This document shows positions 13,234 through 27,864 of a DNA stretch of 64,000 nt, piece after piece; positions within the stretch are counted from its first letter, which is position 1, and the number at the start of each line of letters is the position of its first letter. The DNA is from Chrysomallon squamiferum (taxonomy: Eukaryota; Animalia; Mollusca). Location of the stretch: NCBI GenBank assembly GCA_012295275.1, contig CM022667.1:20212001-20276000 (forward strand). The letters run 5' to 3'. The position numbers and the translations under genes were made by a program. Under the pieces are notes generated by a model. That model did no database searches and was not told where the DNA came from. It saw only the letters and a list, made by a program, of their open reading frames with translations.

Positions 13234-16200
13234 AAATAACCCCCTACAAAAAAAAACCCACTCAAAACCTAGTATTATTTTTAAAATGAAAAACTAATAA
13301 ATCTGCTTAAAATATATAACATTTATTTTGTTTGTACAGTTTTTATGATGAATGCCTAAAAAAAGATCTTTATCATAACAACATAATGAAACTGATAAAA
13401 ACAGATATATACACAGAAATAAATATAAGTGTGTGTGTTTGTATGTGTGTGTGTGTGTGCGTGCATGTATGTGTGCTTGTGTGAGTATATTCAATATTCA
13501 ATATCTGCTTAATATTTTATCAATATTTCACACACTCATTTCAATGTGTATATCTGTTTTTACCAGTTTCCGTTTTATATTCAACATCTGTCTTTATATT
13601 TTATCAAGATAAATATATTTCTAGGTGTATGTCAACTTTTACCAGATTCCATTATGTATAGTATTTAAAATCATCACAAGAGAGACAATGAAGTGTACAA
13701 AACTTACATGTGGCAAATTCCTTCTGTTACAGTGGTAGACACACAGACATCAGAGAAACCTTTGACTCCAAATTCCTTTATCAGATTGCTTAATGTCTGA
13801 AAATAAAACACAATCTTTTTACAAATAAAGAAATAAATATAATTCTATTTTATGAAATACGTAATCTTTTAGAAGATAATTTGATACTGCTCATCTTATT
13901 TTATTAAATATCAGAAGACTGATAGTTTCAAAAAGTACTGATATTATCCTTTTTGAAGGCAAGGGACATTTCTGAAGCAAATTTAAAGGGGATTAATTAA
14001 CTGTCACTTTTCTCCTATCTTTCACTCAGTGTGCACTGAAATCAGTGGAATGGCAGGAAAGGCTCAACAGGTGAAGAAGACAGTCATAGAGTCAAGTGTC
14101 ACTGACACCAGAAAGGCTGGGAACCACTGGGTTAGATAAAGTCAAAAAAACACTGAATACTGTTTTAAAACTTTTATAATCAATAAAAAATATAAAAAAC
14201 TGTTCATATATAAGAAAATGGAAGTGAGAAAGAAAAATGTAAAAAAAGGTATCAAGAAAAAATTTAAAAAATGGTATCAAGAAAGAAAAAATATAACAAA
14301 ATAGTAGAAGGGAAAGGAAAAAAATGTAACAGAATGGTAGCAGGAAAGAAAAAATACAATAAAAAATAGAAATAAATCTTATAACTAAATGGTATCATAA
14401 ATAAATCTAACAGAATGGTTGATTCACTCACCAGTTTGGCTGCTTGTGAATCAGCAAATCTTTCACGAAAGTTTCCTTCTAAAACACTCATAACCAAAGT
14501 CAGACCTTTTCCTGAAACCAACAGAAAACTTTATATCTTTGGGGTTTTTCAGCTGCAACAACTTTTTAATACCACTCAGAAATTTTCAGATAAGTTGATG
14601 TCACATCTACAGATGCCATTACTTTTACTGTTTAATAATACATTTTTGTGTATAATAGGCTCAAACATTTTTAACCATAACACACCTCTCTTCATAGTTG
14701 CCAAAAGCAAAACCAGCTTCTCATCAATGTGATCAGTTAAAAACTCCCATCTCTATTACATGTGTGTTAAAACAGATCTGTTAGATAACGTTCAGTAAAC
14801 TGTAACTAAGGCAACTTACCTGCTTTAAGCTGACTGGCAAATCTGATGAGTTTAGGATACTTTGGCTGAAGATTTTCATCCAGTTTCATCAAAACCAACA
14901 ACTGTGGTCTAAAACAACATCATAACTAACTGTGACAAATTTATATTAATATAAATACTAGTTAAATTATATCAGGTTATAAATTAAAATCTTGATCTAC
15001 TGTGATTGTTGATGCTCAGTACTGTTTTCATTCTCAGTTTCAGAGAGTTTTTAGAATAATTATATTTAATTGTTTTTAAGAAATTTCAGAAGTGAAGAAA
15101 TAAGCAGATTACAGACAGAAGTGAATACCTCCAGTTTTTAGTGTGTGGGGGTCCTTCCTGTAGTCTGAGTAGAGAGTATCTGGCAGCAGACATGGCCAGA
15201 CCACGAATACCATCTCCCCACTCTTTCTCTGCCCTGAAATATGAGAAAATCATATAGATAATAACAAGTAAATAATGTACAGACTTGTCAGACCACAAAT
15301 ACCATCTCCCCACTCATTCTCAGCAACAAAACATACAGAAATAATTCTTTACTAACTGTACATGAGCCAACTGGTACAGTTTTAAATATTTCAGAACCTC
15401 CCTTGCCTAACAAATCCTCTTCACACCCACACTGTTTAATATTAATGTTTATAACATAAGCTCTTGAAACTTACCCTTTGTATTCAATGTACTTGTAGAT
15501 GCAGAAAGCCAGAGCTATAGCAGTGAGTGCGTAGTACCAGCTGGAAATGAACATGAGGGTGACACACAGAGAAAGTCCTAACAGAGACAGAGTCCAGTGA
15601 TAAAACTGGAATCGAGGTCGCCAGTTTGGAGTCTGCAGCAGAGTCTGTAGAGCACACGCCATGTTCACAAAACCGTAGCACATCAAGAAAAACCTGACAA
15701 GTCAAGTTTTGTTATGATTAAAGCATTTGTTATTATATATATTCAGTTATGTCATCTTTTTCAAATAAGTATACTAACCATTCTAATATAATTTTGTTTA
15801 ACAAATCCAATTTATGCAAGGTAAATAGAACTATTTCCTTGTATTCATTAACAGGATAACAACTTGTGCTTTGAAAACTATACATTAGACAGTAGTTTTT
15901 ATCATTTCTGATCATGTTTGTATTATATACATGTACTGATCATTTTCAATAACAAAATCTTTACTGTTCTTATTTGGCCAGTATCTCTGGCATTATTATT
16001 AATGTTTCTTGGTTCTAAAAACTCAAGGATCTAATTAATTGTTATTTGTTTTATTTATAATAAAAGTGTTGTCACTTACATAGTAATAATGGGTGCGATG
16101 TAGTCCAGGCTGGCTAACAGAATTCCTAACTCAGAAATGGCTGCAGTGAGAAGAAGAGCTCGGAATGGTTCTCCTCTCTTTGTGGTCTGACCAAACACAG

Positions 16201-19077
16201 ACAGGAATGGAATCACGTTGTCTTTGGCAATAGCCTGCAGTAGTCGGGGAGCACCTGCAGCAAGACACAAAAAACAAATATTATCATTTCCATGAAAGCA
16301 AATATTAATTAAATATTTTGTCCAGTCACTGTAGATTGATGTTTAAGTTATTGCATACATTCTTAGAAATGTCAGATGTAAAGAAAACTACACATATTCT
16401 TGGAAACATCAGATGTAATTAAAACTACACATATTCTTGGAAACATCAGATGTAATTAAAACTACACATATTCTTAGAAATATTAGATGTAATTAAAACT
16501 ACACATATTCTCAGAAATTTGAAATGTAGAGAAAACTACACATATTCTTGGAAATATTAGATGTAATTAAAAATACACATATTCTTGGAAACATCAGATG
16601 TAATTAAAACTACACACACCAGTTAGAGACTGCAGACCAGCTCCCAGTGTAGACAGGAAGGAACCAATCATAATAACCCATTCATTTGGCCAAGCTAACT
16701 TTCCTATTAACATGTTGCCACCTATACTAATACCATACCTGAAACAATCAGAGAAAGAAGGACCATGAATTTTAAGTTAAAACAAAACATACAAGAAATT
16801 TCTTCATACTGCTTTCATTCAAAGTAAGTGAGTTGAAGAACAAATTAATGTGTAAATAACTTTAGTATACATGAAATGATTTACGAAATGTTTAAAGAAA
16901 ACTCTCTTAAGAGCAAGGTTATTTTAACTGGCAACAATAAAAATCTAGTGTTCGTACAAAGTGGTTTTTATTACAAAAATACACTAACACTTAACTACTG
17001 CCTCTAAAAAACTCACTTGTCTCTTAGCAACGGACCCTCAATGCAAGCAGCAAAGAAAAACACTGTTGTAACATCTAATTACAAATAGGAAACTTTCCTC
17101 TTCCTTACAAACATTTTTTTTGTTTATATAAAACTTTCTTTTAGCACATTACTTTTAATTCTAATTAAATAAAATAGGGTAAACTTAAAAATTGTTATAA
17201 ATATTAACTTATTGAATATCCAATATAAACTCTTATAAGATTAAAAAAAAAAACAGATTTTTTTGAACGGTGCAGATTAGAATAAGGAGGTACCAGGAAT
17301 AAATAAATAACAAATGTGCAATACACAGGTAGGTGAGAGACCTGCTACATGTTGGTGCTAACTGGAAAGAGTTTAAAACAAGGTCCAGGTTTTGTGCAGG
17401 TAAAGGATACACACAAAGGAGGTTGTTGCTATGGCCATAATAGTACCAGTAGGAATAGATTTCTGTGCGTCAGCCAAGTCACCTGACCTGTTGGAACCAG
17501 CCATGATTCCTGAAACATAAAATACAGAATTTCTAATTCAGTCTGCTCTGCAGAAAATATAAATCTAACATTCATTCAGATATTTCACTGGTGTACAGTT
17601 GTTTTGCATTTAGTGTGTGTAATTTTCTACTCCAATTCCATGACTGATTAACTACAAATTTGGCAGATTTGCTTTTACTGATTTCATTTCCTGTACAAAT
17701 AACTATTGTTTTAAATGTGTTGAATTGTTTTCACTACTAATGTTCAGTTATTTGTTGAGTTGTTCTCACAACTAGTGTTCAGTTATTTGTTGAATTGTTC
17801 TCACAACTAGTGTTCAGTTATTTGTTGAATTGTTCTCACAACTAATGTTCAGTTATTTGTTGAATTGTTCTCACAACTAATGTTCAGTTATTTGTTGAAT
17901 TGTTCTCACAACTAATGTTCAGTTATTTGTTGAATTGTTCTCACAACTACTGTTCAGTTATTTGTTGAATTGTTCTCACAACTAATGTTCAGTTATTTGT
18001 TGAATTGTTCTCAGAACTAATGTTCAGTTATTTGTTGAATTGTTCTCACAACTAATGTTCAGTTATCTGTTGAGTTATTTTCACAACTAGTGTTCAGTTA
18101 TTTGTTGAATTGTTCTCACAACTAGTGTTCAGTTATTTGTTGAGCTGTTCTCACTACTAGTGTTCAGTTATCTGTTTGAAAATAAACTCACCTGTGACAG
18201 ATGGAAAGTAAATGGCAAGTAGAACAACAAAGGAGGTTGTGATGTCTGCAATGACTTCTCCTCTCTTTTCAGAACCTGGTTCATCGGTTCCAACCACATT
18301 ACCTTCTTCTGTATAGTAATTCCAGATGTTATCTACAAACAGATATATTGTCCATTATTCAAAATAATGAATTCTTAAAATCAGTTCTTCTGTATAGTAA
18401 TTCCAGATGCTATTTACAAACAGATATATTGTCCATTATTCAAAATAATGAATTCTTAAAATCAGTTCTTCTGTATAATGATTCCAGGTATTATATATTA
18501 TTTCAACAATCAGTTCTTAAAACTGATATAAAATAATTAAAATGTAACACTGAAAAAAACACATACCAGCAAAAACTCCGCTGGTAATGCCAGGAATTCC
18601 TTTCACCAAATGTGCTGTGTTTTCTTTGTCTTGGTAGTATTCACAGGCCTCTCCAGTGAAATTGTTGTTAACACAGTAGTTTTCATAGATAGGACTGCTT
18701 TCATTTTTAAAACAGTAAAATGTGCCATTCAACATCACAGAATCAGAAGTCAAAAGACGATCTCCAAATATACAGATGCTGTGGGAATAAATTAGAACTT
18801 TAAATAGCAAAGAAAACAAATCATGCATACATTCACCAATAATTTCCTGTTCAGATCCTGTATTTTATATTTCATAATCTTCATTTGTCAAAAGTCAGTA
18901 GCATGAATGTGTGGGGATTTTTATACATAAAACTTTTGCTAACAAATGTACAGTGGATTCAATTACATCTTAACAGTTTGAAAAACATACTGAAACTAAC
19001 TTACTGATATTGTATAATTAACACTTAGCTGGGTATTTTTTAAAAAATTAAAAATAATGATTTGTGCATTTGTGCAT

Positions 19078-19124
<47 letters not shown>

Positions 19125-22100
19125 AACTTCCTACCTATGTGGGTTTTGTTTACATGTTGATGTCATGAATGAGCTGTCACGTGAACATACCTGCTTGTGA
19201 TACTACATCTATGCTAAATATGCACAACTCAAAACAAACTTTTTTAAATTTCCCATCCATTAATACTACTTTTTAATTTTAATACTGAACTAATTCTTTG
19301 CAATACTAATTTTTACAACAGAAGAGTCAAACAGAAGGTTTACAGATTACCAAAGCCCAGGGTTCATTTGTGGTTTTTATCACTTTATACTCATCCTCTT
19401 CACGTAACATTAGACAGATGAGCAGGGATTGTTTGTTTTACTGAAGAAATCTCTCTCAAACAAAACAAAAACACAACAGAATATGTAAACTGAAGGTTCA
19501 ACCTGTCCATCAAATGATGTAAGATGATGAACAAAAAATAAATTTCTCATAACATTTGACTTAAGCACACTGAGCTGTATTTAGTCCATAAATAACAAAT
19601 TATCTGCATTCATTGCAGGTTTTTATTTATTAATTTCTTCTGTTGCAAAATCCTGCCCCTACAAGAAATAAAACCTTACTAAAAAATCAAAAATAATAAT
19701 TTACTTTACTCACTCAATGCTATTGTCTGCATTTGATGCAAATATGCCGATGTATATACACAAAATAGAAATGATGACACAGGCGAGAGAGAGAGCAGCA
19801 AACTTGCTGACAAACTTGACTCCAACAAACACAATGAGAGCCAGCAAGAGCAGAACACAGGAGCCGTAAAGTCTGTAGTTATTAAACATCTCCTCAAATA
19901 TGGCTGTCTGGGGAGCAATGAATTTCTGTAAAAAACCAAAAACAATTATGGTTTTTTTATTGTGATAACATCTTATGGCAGTATTTAAAGTATCTTACAG
20001 TCTGAAACAAAAACTACTCACACACACACACATTCATATGGATTTAACTAAATATTTATTAGATACACAATGATACAATAAAACATTCAAAATAAAGACT
20101 AAATGATTCTAAAAAAAAGAATTTCAGTAACAATCAATTAAAGAATATGAATTATGCTTCAAAAATGTTTCAATATGATAGATATATATTTACTCTATGT
20201 ATTTTTATTTTAAATATTCAACATATAACACAACACAGAATTTGTAGTAAACCTATCTGAGAATTTTTACAAGACATCTACCACTAAAATTTCCACCGCT
20301 CCGATGATGTACATTGCTGAGGCTACTGAAGTTCCAAGATAAAACAAAACACCAACAGCTCCTCCAAACTCAGGACCCAGCGCACGGGAAATCATGAAGT
20401 AGGAGCCACCAGATGGCACCACTCCATTGGTTGCTATGGCACTCATTGAGATTGATGTCAACATTGTCTGCATATAGAACATGGTGATGTATAAAATTTA
20501 ATATTTATCATACATTAATACTAATTACTGAAATGAAAACAAAGCACCCAGAGGGAAACCTCTCAAAACTGAAAAATATCAAATAACAGTTGAAATAATT
20601 AACCATTTTTAAATTAATAATTAAAAAAATACAATTAAACAGGAACCATTTCTAACTTTAACCATGTTTACATCAAAAAAGGAATTATATTTACATTCTA
20701 GCAGATGAAAATGAACTTAAATATAGCTGCATCATACTCATTTTTTTTTTTTTTTTTAATGTTAATGATTCTAGAGTTTTGTGACACATGAAAGTATATT
20801 TCTTATTAAAATGTTACTGGTAAGATATTTACAGTAGAGCAGCTGATGAAGACAATGAGGAAAGATTCCAAAGCCCCTGCCATTCCAACAATCCACGTCA
20901 TACGCACAAAGAGCAGAATTCCAAAAATGTTTTGTATACAGGGCAGATACACACCAAGCAGTGTACCCAGGTTGGCTTTCTGAAATGTAATGAAATGTTT
21001 AAAACATTATTTTGTAAGTTTATATGTATAACAGATTCACTTCAGAGTGCCAGAATAGACATTTTACAATTTGCAATTAATAATTATATGTTGGCTTTCT
21101 GAAATGTAATATTATTTGTATAATAACAACATTAAAGATACTTTTGTTAATTCTTCACATTACAAGAAAGTTATTAACCTACAGTTTAAATAACAAGTAA
21201 AAACAGTATTTACTGATTAATGTAAAATATTACTGTTAGATATTCTGCTGTGCAATATTTTTGTACATAAAATAAATAATATTATAATTAGTTCAAAGTG
21301 AAAAAAAAAGATAAATAAAACAAATATGAAAATTTGACTTGAAGAACATGACTTTTCAGAGTTGAATGCTAAAGTTTGATACTTGTTGATATGTTTTGGG
21401 ATATACTTGTTCACTCAAATTTTACAATATAAATAAACATACATGCACACTTTAAACATTTATCACAACATCAATATAATGAGCAGATTCTGAATTACAG
21501 TTTCGTGAAGCATTGTGAAAAGGGATTACAAACTCTAGAGAAAAAAAATTAAAGAAATAAAAAAGAAAGTTAAAAAAAATAAATAAATAAATATTTTATA
21601 TTAGTATTGCTAAATACTATTTTTAATCAGGTGTTAGTAATACACAGTTAACAGAAACAAACAAAAAGAATGGTCAGACTGTGAAATATGTGCTGAATTT
21701 GAATCAGCAATACTTTGTAGCAAAAAAAAATCAATAAATCATTTTCTGAAGTGTTAGGATTAAATTACATATATTTTTGAATCTCATTTATTTGATGGTC
21801 TTTTTAGTCTAAGACCAGTTCTCTCCATACAGTTATTTTTTGGATATATCAGCAGTTCACATATGTGTAATGAATTTTATTTTACATCCACTGTCATTGT
21901 GGCTACTTCAATGATAAAGGACTGACCATCCTAACATGATATTTGTGTGGTGGGTTTTACATCAACTTCTGGAAAGAAACAAAAGCTGACAAAAGACCTA
22001 TTCTAAATGTTTTAGTATCACAGCTTTGAGTCGTGACAGTTTTTCACTAAATAACTAAACAGTCAAACCTATTTCTAACATTGCCATGCAATAATTATCA

Positions 22101-24838
22101 GAGGTTTCAGTGAAAACAAACAACGTATGATACAAAGTTTACTTACTTTGGACTACAAATAAAAAAAAAAAAAAAAAAAGGAAAATAAATAATATTAAAA
22201 TAAATGACATTAAAATGGAATAAAAATAAAATACACAAAAATAACAAAACCTTTTATTCAGAACTGTGAGTTGAGTTTTAAAGCCTAGGTTTTTGAAGTA
22301 TCTGACACCAGTTATACAAGTTAAATTTATAATTCACATTAGTTTTTGTACATAATGCATGATGATCATCATAGGGAGAAATGAATGGCTTATTTAGGTA
22401 AATTTGTTTAACCAAATGATAAAAAGTAACTGACAATGTTAATGTTTTAATATGTTCTTGTGACAATGTGAATAATTAAATATTTTCAAGTGATTATTAT
22501 ATTTTATTCTGGAAATCTAATAATGATGTGTAACAGAAGAATCAGTGATACGATTATTTTCATCTTTTTTCACATTTCTTTTGAATGATATCTTACAGAG
22601 AGGGATATATGACAAACAAATAATAATTATTAAAATGTGATAATGACAATAATTATTATAATGAAAATCATAAAGTATCTGACAAATTACTATCTAGCAG
22701 ATTGTGTCATTCAAATTACACACATGAAAATGTCAACAGTTCAAGAGAATAGAAAATAGAATCTGCACAAATCATATATAATGTTCACAATTTATTAAAA
22801 GCAAATGTTAATTTCAGAAAATAAATAAAAAACTAAAATAAACAATCACTTTTGCAAATCTTTGTTGAAGAATGCTAGGATTCAGAATCTCAGTAAAATG
22901 TCTAATTTGTTTAGGACAAATAAATTTTTTTTTTTTAGCTGTTGAAGATCACTGTAAAGCCAGACATTGAGAAATAGGTGATGATGAAATACAATGAAGA
23001 TTTAAACAGGAATCAGACTGGAAATTTTCAGATTTTGTTCTTGTGTTCATTTTGGATGTCATCATATTCTAAGCCATTCTTGAACTTTCCAAATACAAAA
23101 TGAGATTTTGTAACACATAATAACTAAAAAAATAAAATAAAATAAAATAAAATAAAATAAAATAAAATAATAAAAACAATAAAATTTTCAGTCTCGAAAA
23201 ATAAAAATGACAATTATAGTAATTTAAAAAAAAAATTCTTATTTAATCTCCTTGGCATACCTGATGACCTTTGCCCTTTTCAACATCATTTGGGTTTGGT
23301 GTGATTCCAGCTTGGTAGTTTGCAATGCGACTAAGAACATGGGAGATTTTTCCAGAATGTTCAAGGTCATCCTAGAAATAAATTCATAAAAATTAAAAAA
23401 TTAATAAAAACATATAAAAAAATATGTAATCCAAATTTTTAATCCTATACAAATATATAATCTATGAAGTAATATAATGTTTCATTATATATATTGGATA
23501 AAACAGGAAAGGTCTTATACATTTAGATACAAATTCACTGCAGCTGTTGATACTGTTATTTCTGGAAAAGCTGTTGAAGAATAATAATTGTGTAATTCAT
23601 ACTTTGATTTTTTTTTTGCAGCAACATTATTTTTTTTTATTGCTGCTATGAAAAATGAAGTAAATTCATCACTTGACTACATACATTTCTCATCATAGTT
23701 TATAACACGGCTGTTCTGGAGGATTTTTTCCAATGAACATCATCATGTCTCTTCAGAAACAGCACGTTTTTTTTATTTTACATTAAATATAATAACAGTA
23801 AAGAGACACTTATACACTTAATACACTCTTAGCAGGTTATTACATTAAAATCAAATTTTGGAAAAATAACAGAAAAAAGAAAAGAAAAAAAAAAAAAAAA
23901 AATAAAAAAAAGAAATATAGTCAATAACAAAAGAAAAAAATGGCTGTGTAGAATTAAGAAATCTGCTGCAATCTCTTTACTAAGAGGAAATTGATTGTAT
24001 TATTTTTATTATTATTTTTTTTTTTTAAAGTGAAATTAATATGCACATTATTAACAAACAGGTATGTGAAAATAGCGCTAAATTTTGAGATAAAAAAAAT
24101 TCTTTTTCTTATTAAAAAAAAAAAATTATCTCAAAATTTCATCAAATTATAAAGTGATGGAAAGCAACTGCTGTTTGATGTCAGACACATTATTTCTATC
24201 AATGAAAAAAACAAAGAGGAAAACTTGACTTGGCTGGTATCAGACAATGTTCAAAGTCACCTATGTGGTACAAGCGCTGCAGTGAAGGGCTACTGCACTG
24301 AGGTGTGTATACTTAGCAGCAAAAATACATTAACCCAGAAACACTATCTCATAAAACTACGGAATAACACTCCCCAGATTTTACTGCAGATATCTATCTG
24401 CAAGAAAGAATCTACATCCATGTCTTATTGTTAAAACAATACTGACTGAAATAGCAGCAGTCAGCCTTAAATAGAAACAATCACTGCAGGTTTAATCTCT
24501 TGCACACACACACACACGCATGCACACACGCATGCACACACACAGGCACACAAACACATACACACACACAGGCACACACAGGCACACACACACACAGGCA
24601 CACACACACACACACAGGCACACACACAGGCACACATTTATGTATATAAACAAAATATTAAAAAGGAATAAATAGTTGATTTTTTTAAAATGATATTGGT
24701 ATTTAATTAATGCTGAAGAAATAATTGTTATAACTAATTAAAATTAAAAAATATATAAATGTGTAATTAAAAGAAATATAATTAAAAAATAATAACATTA
24801 ACAAAACTGTTAACAAAGCTGTTTGGTTACAACACACA

Positions 24839-24888
<50 letters not shown>

Positions 24889-25691
24889 GGTTTCTATTTA
24901 ATGCTGACTGTTGTATTTTACTGTATTTTACATGTTTAAGAGGCAAAGAATATGGTTTTGCTGAAAGTACTATAAATAAATAATTTAAAAAAAATTTACT
25001 TTAAAGAGAATCATTTAAAATTTTATGTTAATGTAAACACTAAATTACAGTGAAATTCAATAATGATGTTAATGTAAATACTAAATTAAACTGAAATTCA
25101 ATAACATAATGACTGTTGTGACAGTGAAGGATATGGGTTGTTTTTTGAATAATTTAAGAATAATATTTATGTTACATAAAAATATATACTGATGAGAAGT
25201 TATTACAAAAACAAAATAACAAACAAACAAACAAACAAAAATATAAAAATAAAAAAAATAAAAAATAAAAATAGTAAATGTAATTATAAAGAATTTGGTT
25301 CTTAGTCTTGAATCAATGCAACAAATAAAAACAAAATTTAAATCATGTTAGTAGTAAAGCAAGATCTTAAACTTCATTAAAAAGCAACAAAAAAAAAGAA
25401 GAAAAAAGACAAAATGTCTTAATCACAACCCCCACCCCCACTCACATTACACACCACCCCCAACCCCCACACCCACATACATATACCCACATATACTATA
25501 AATATACACTATATACAAAGTGAAAAATTAATAACACTAAGAAATAAATCTTTGTTTTCAGTTAACAATGAAAACAAGTCAAACTGGAAAGAAAACAGCA
25601 CACAGTGAGTTTTATACACTTACATTGCATGCACTTCCATATTGGTTTTTGTTTTTACGTCTGCTGGAGAAATGTTAGATTTGAAAAACAT

Positions 25692-25745
<54 letters not shown>

Positions 25746-26587
25746 TTAATTAAAAATAACAAATAATATATTATATAGAAGTTGTTTACATTACTTATAC
25801 TTAAATTTTTGTTCTATTTTTTTTTTCATTTAATTTATTTATTGTATATGCTATTTTTTTTTTTTTTTTTTTTTACAGGTTATGATGTTATTCATCTGTA
25901 CAGACTGGTTTAGAATAAAATATGTTCTTATTATCACACATTAAAAACTATCTGCATGATCTGCACATTCCTTTTCCTTCAAAAACAGTGACATTTACTT
26001 TATATAAATAACAGATGCTGCTGACATTAAAGGATTGATGCAAAATATCATGCAACACGTAGCATAAAGTACCTGCACCTTATTTCATCACACACCACAT
26101 ATATATTTACTTTAGAAATAATCAAAGCCGGTGTAGTTTTGTGAGAAAATAATCATCAGTACTTGATCTGTGTTTAAAGGGTTAGATAATTTGTTTTTGA
26201 ATAACTACAGAAACAGAGAGAGAGAGTGAGAAAGAAATGTAATTCAAGAAGATATTGTTGATTAACGCAACTTTACTGTAAGATTAAAATTATATATATG
26301 ACAGAGGAAACGAGCTGCTGAACTGGGTATCTTTCACAGAGCAATTGGCACGAATGGGAAACAGGCATGACTAGAATAACTGTGGTGTATTAGTGGTCTA
26401 TATCCTTCTAGATAACTTTATATAAAACAGCATATAACTTCAAAACTGAATGAAGAAAATTTAAAAAAAAAGAAAGACAGAATTAGATACCTTGTACAAC
26501 ATCTAAATTCATAAAAATAATTTTAAAATAATGAAAAAAAAAAACCCATTCTTTGTTTAATACTGAAAATATTTACATATTGACAGA

Positions 26588-26618
<31 letters not shown>

Positions 26619-27797
26619 GAATTAACTCATTTGGAAATATGTGCATCCTTTATGACTAATAATAAAATAAAAAACTATTGTTACCTCATATAACGCCATA
26701 TGGTTTGAAAATGGTGAATCAGGATCTTCATTGTCAGCAAGTGGCAAATGGTCTTTGTGTGTGGCTGCATTGTCTCCTGTAATTCCAATAATACACAATA
26801 ATACACAACATTCTAACAGAATGGCTTAATTTTAAAAAAATTGAAATTGAAATTCTCACACTTTTATATCTCAGAATTCATTTTTTTTTTTTAACTTAAA
26901 AACAAATTAAAATTCTATAAAATAATTAACGACATGATAAATGATCTTTGGTTACAAGTTAAAAAAATATAAAATATAATGAACATTTAACTGGTTTTAG
27001 CTGGTTTTAATCATGCCTCATATCAATGAACAATATCTGTATTCATCAAAGATTTAAACAGTAAATTTATTCAAGCAATATTAACATGCACATCCAAAAC
27101 CCATTATCTCTGTAGCAGTAGCCATTTTGTTATTACAGCAGATAACTGTGGAATTAGAAAACAAGATTATAAGATTGACAATCATCAGTTAGTGCTGCTT
27201 TGTGCCCATCCTCCGCAGTAAACCTTCCGTCAGCTCACTGTTATCATTTCTTCATCATACAGTTCGGTTAAACTGCATTGTGGTTACATTTTGTTTGATT
27301 AAATGTTGTATTTGTAATGGATACATAATTTGGAAAAGATGTAGATAAAATATACAAGCTTGACAAATATGGATAGAGATTAAAAAAGATATTTTAAAGT
27401 TAGTTTTATAGTAATTGTATATTGACAATATTTAATGAAAAATATTAAAATTGGCTATTTATAAAATATGTTAGTAAAATAATATCAGTTAAAAGATCAG
27501 GAAAACCACAACTGCCAGCATTATAAATTAATTTGGATGTCTTTTACCCTAGTTATATGTTATATTATTACATTTAGGTTAATAAAATAAAAGTTTGAAG
27601 TAAATCAAAACAAATAAGTCTTGAAATATGATAGCTAAATGCTAAGTTAATATTCCTTTAATATTTTTATATTTCTTAACTCCATGTCATTCTCTGATCT
27701 GGTTGCATTTCAGTAAACATGATATTTGGTTGTTTGTGTATTTGTAATTAATAAAATTAAAGAAAGAAAAGAAGTATGAAAACAGAAATAGGAAGAC

Positions 27798-27864
<67 letters not shown>

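Noticed and set aside
17719-18176. 35-bp array (and the 37-bp and 59-bp arrays) as possible CRISPR
   Set aside because: Head-to-tail units with no unique spacers, no cas genes, and located in eukaryotic introns.
26491-26502. Possible 12-nt microexon ATGTTGTACAAG (MLYK)
   Set aside because: Frame-preserving, but the acceptor tract (TGAATTTAG) and donor (GTATCT) are weak; not distinguishable from chance without reads.
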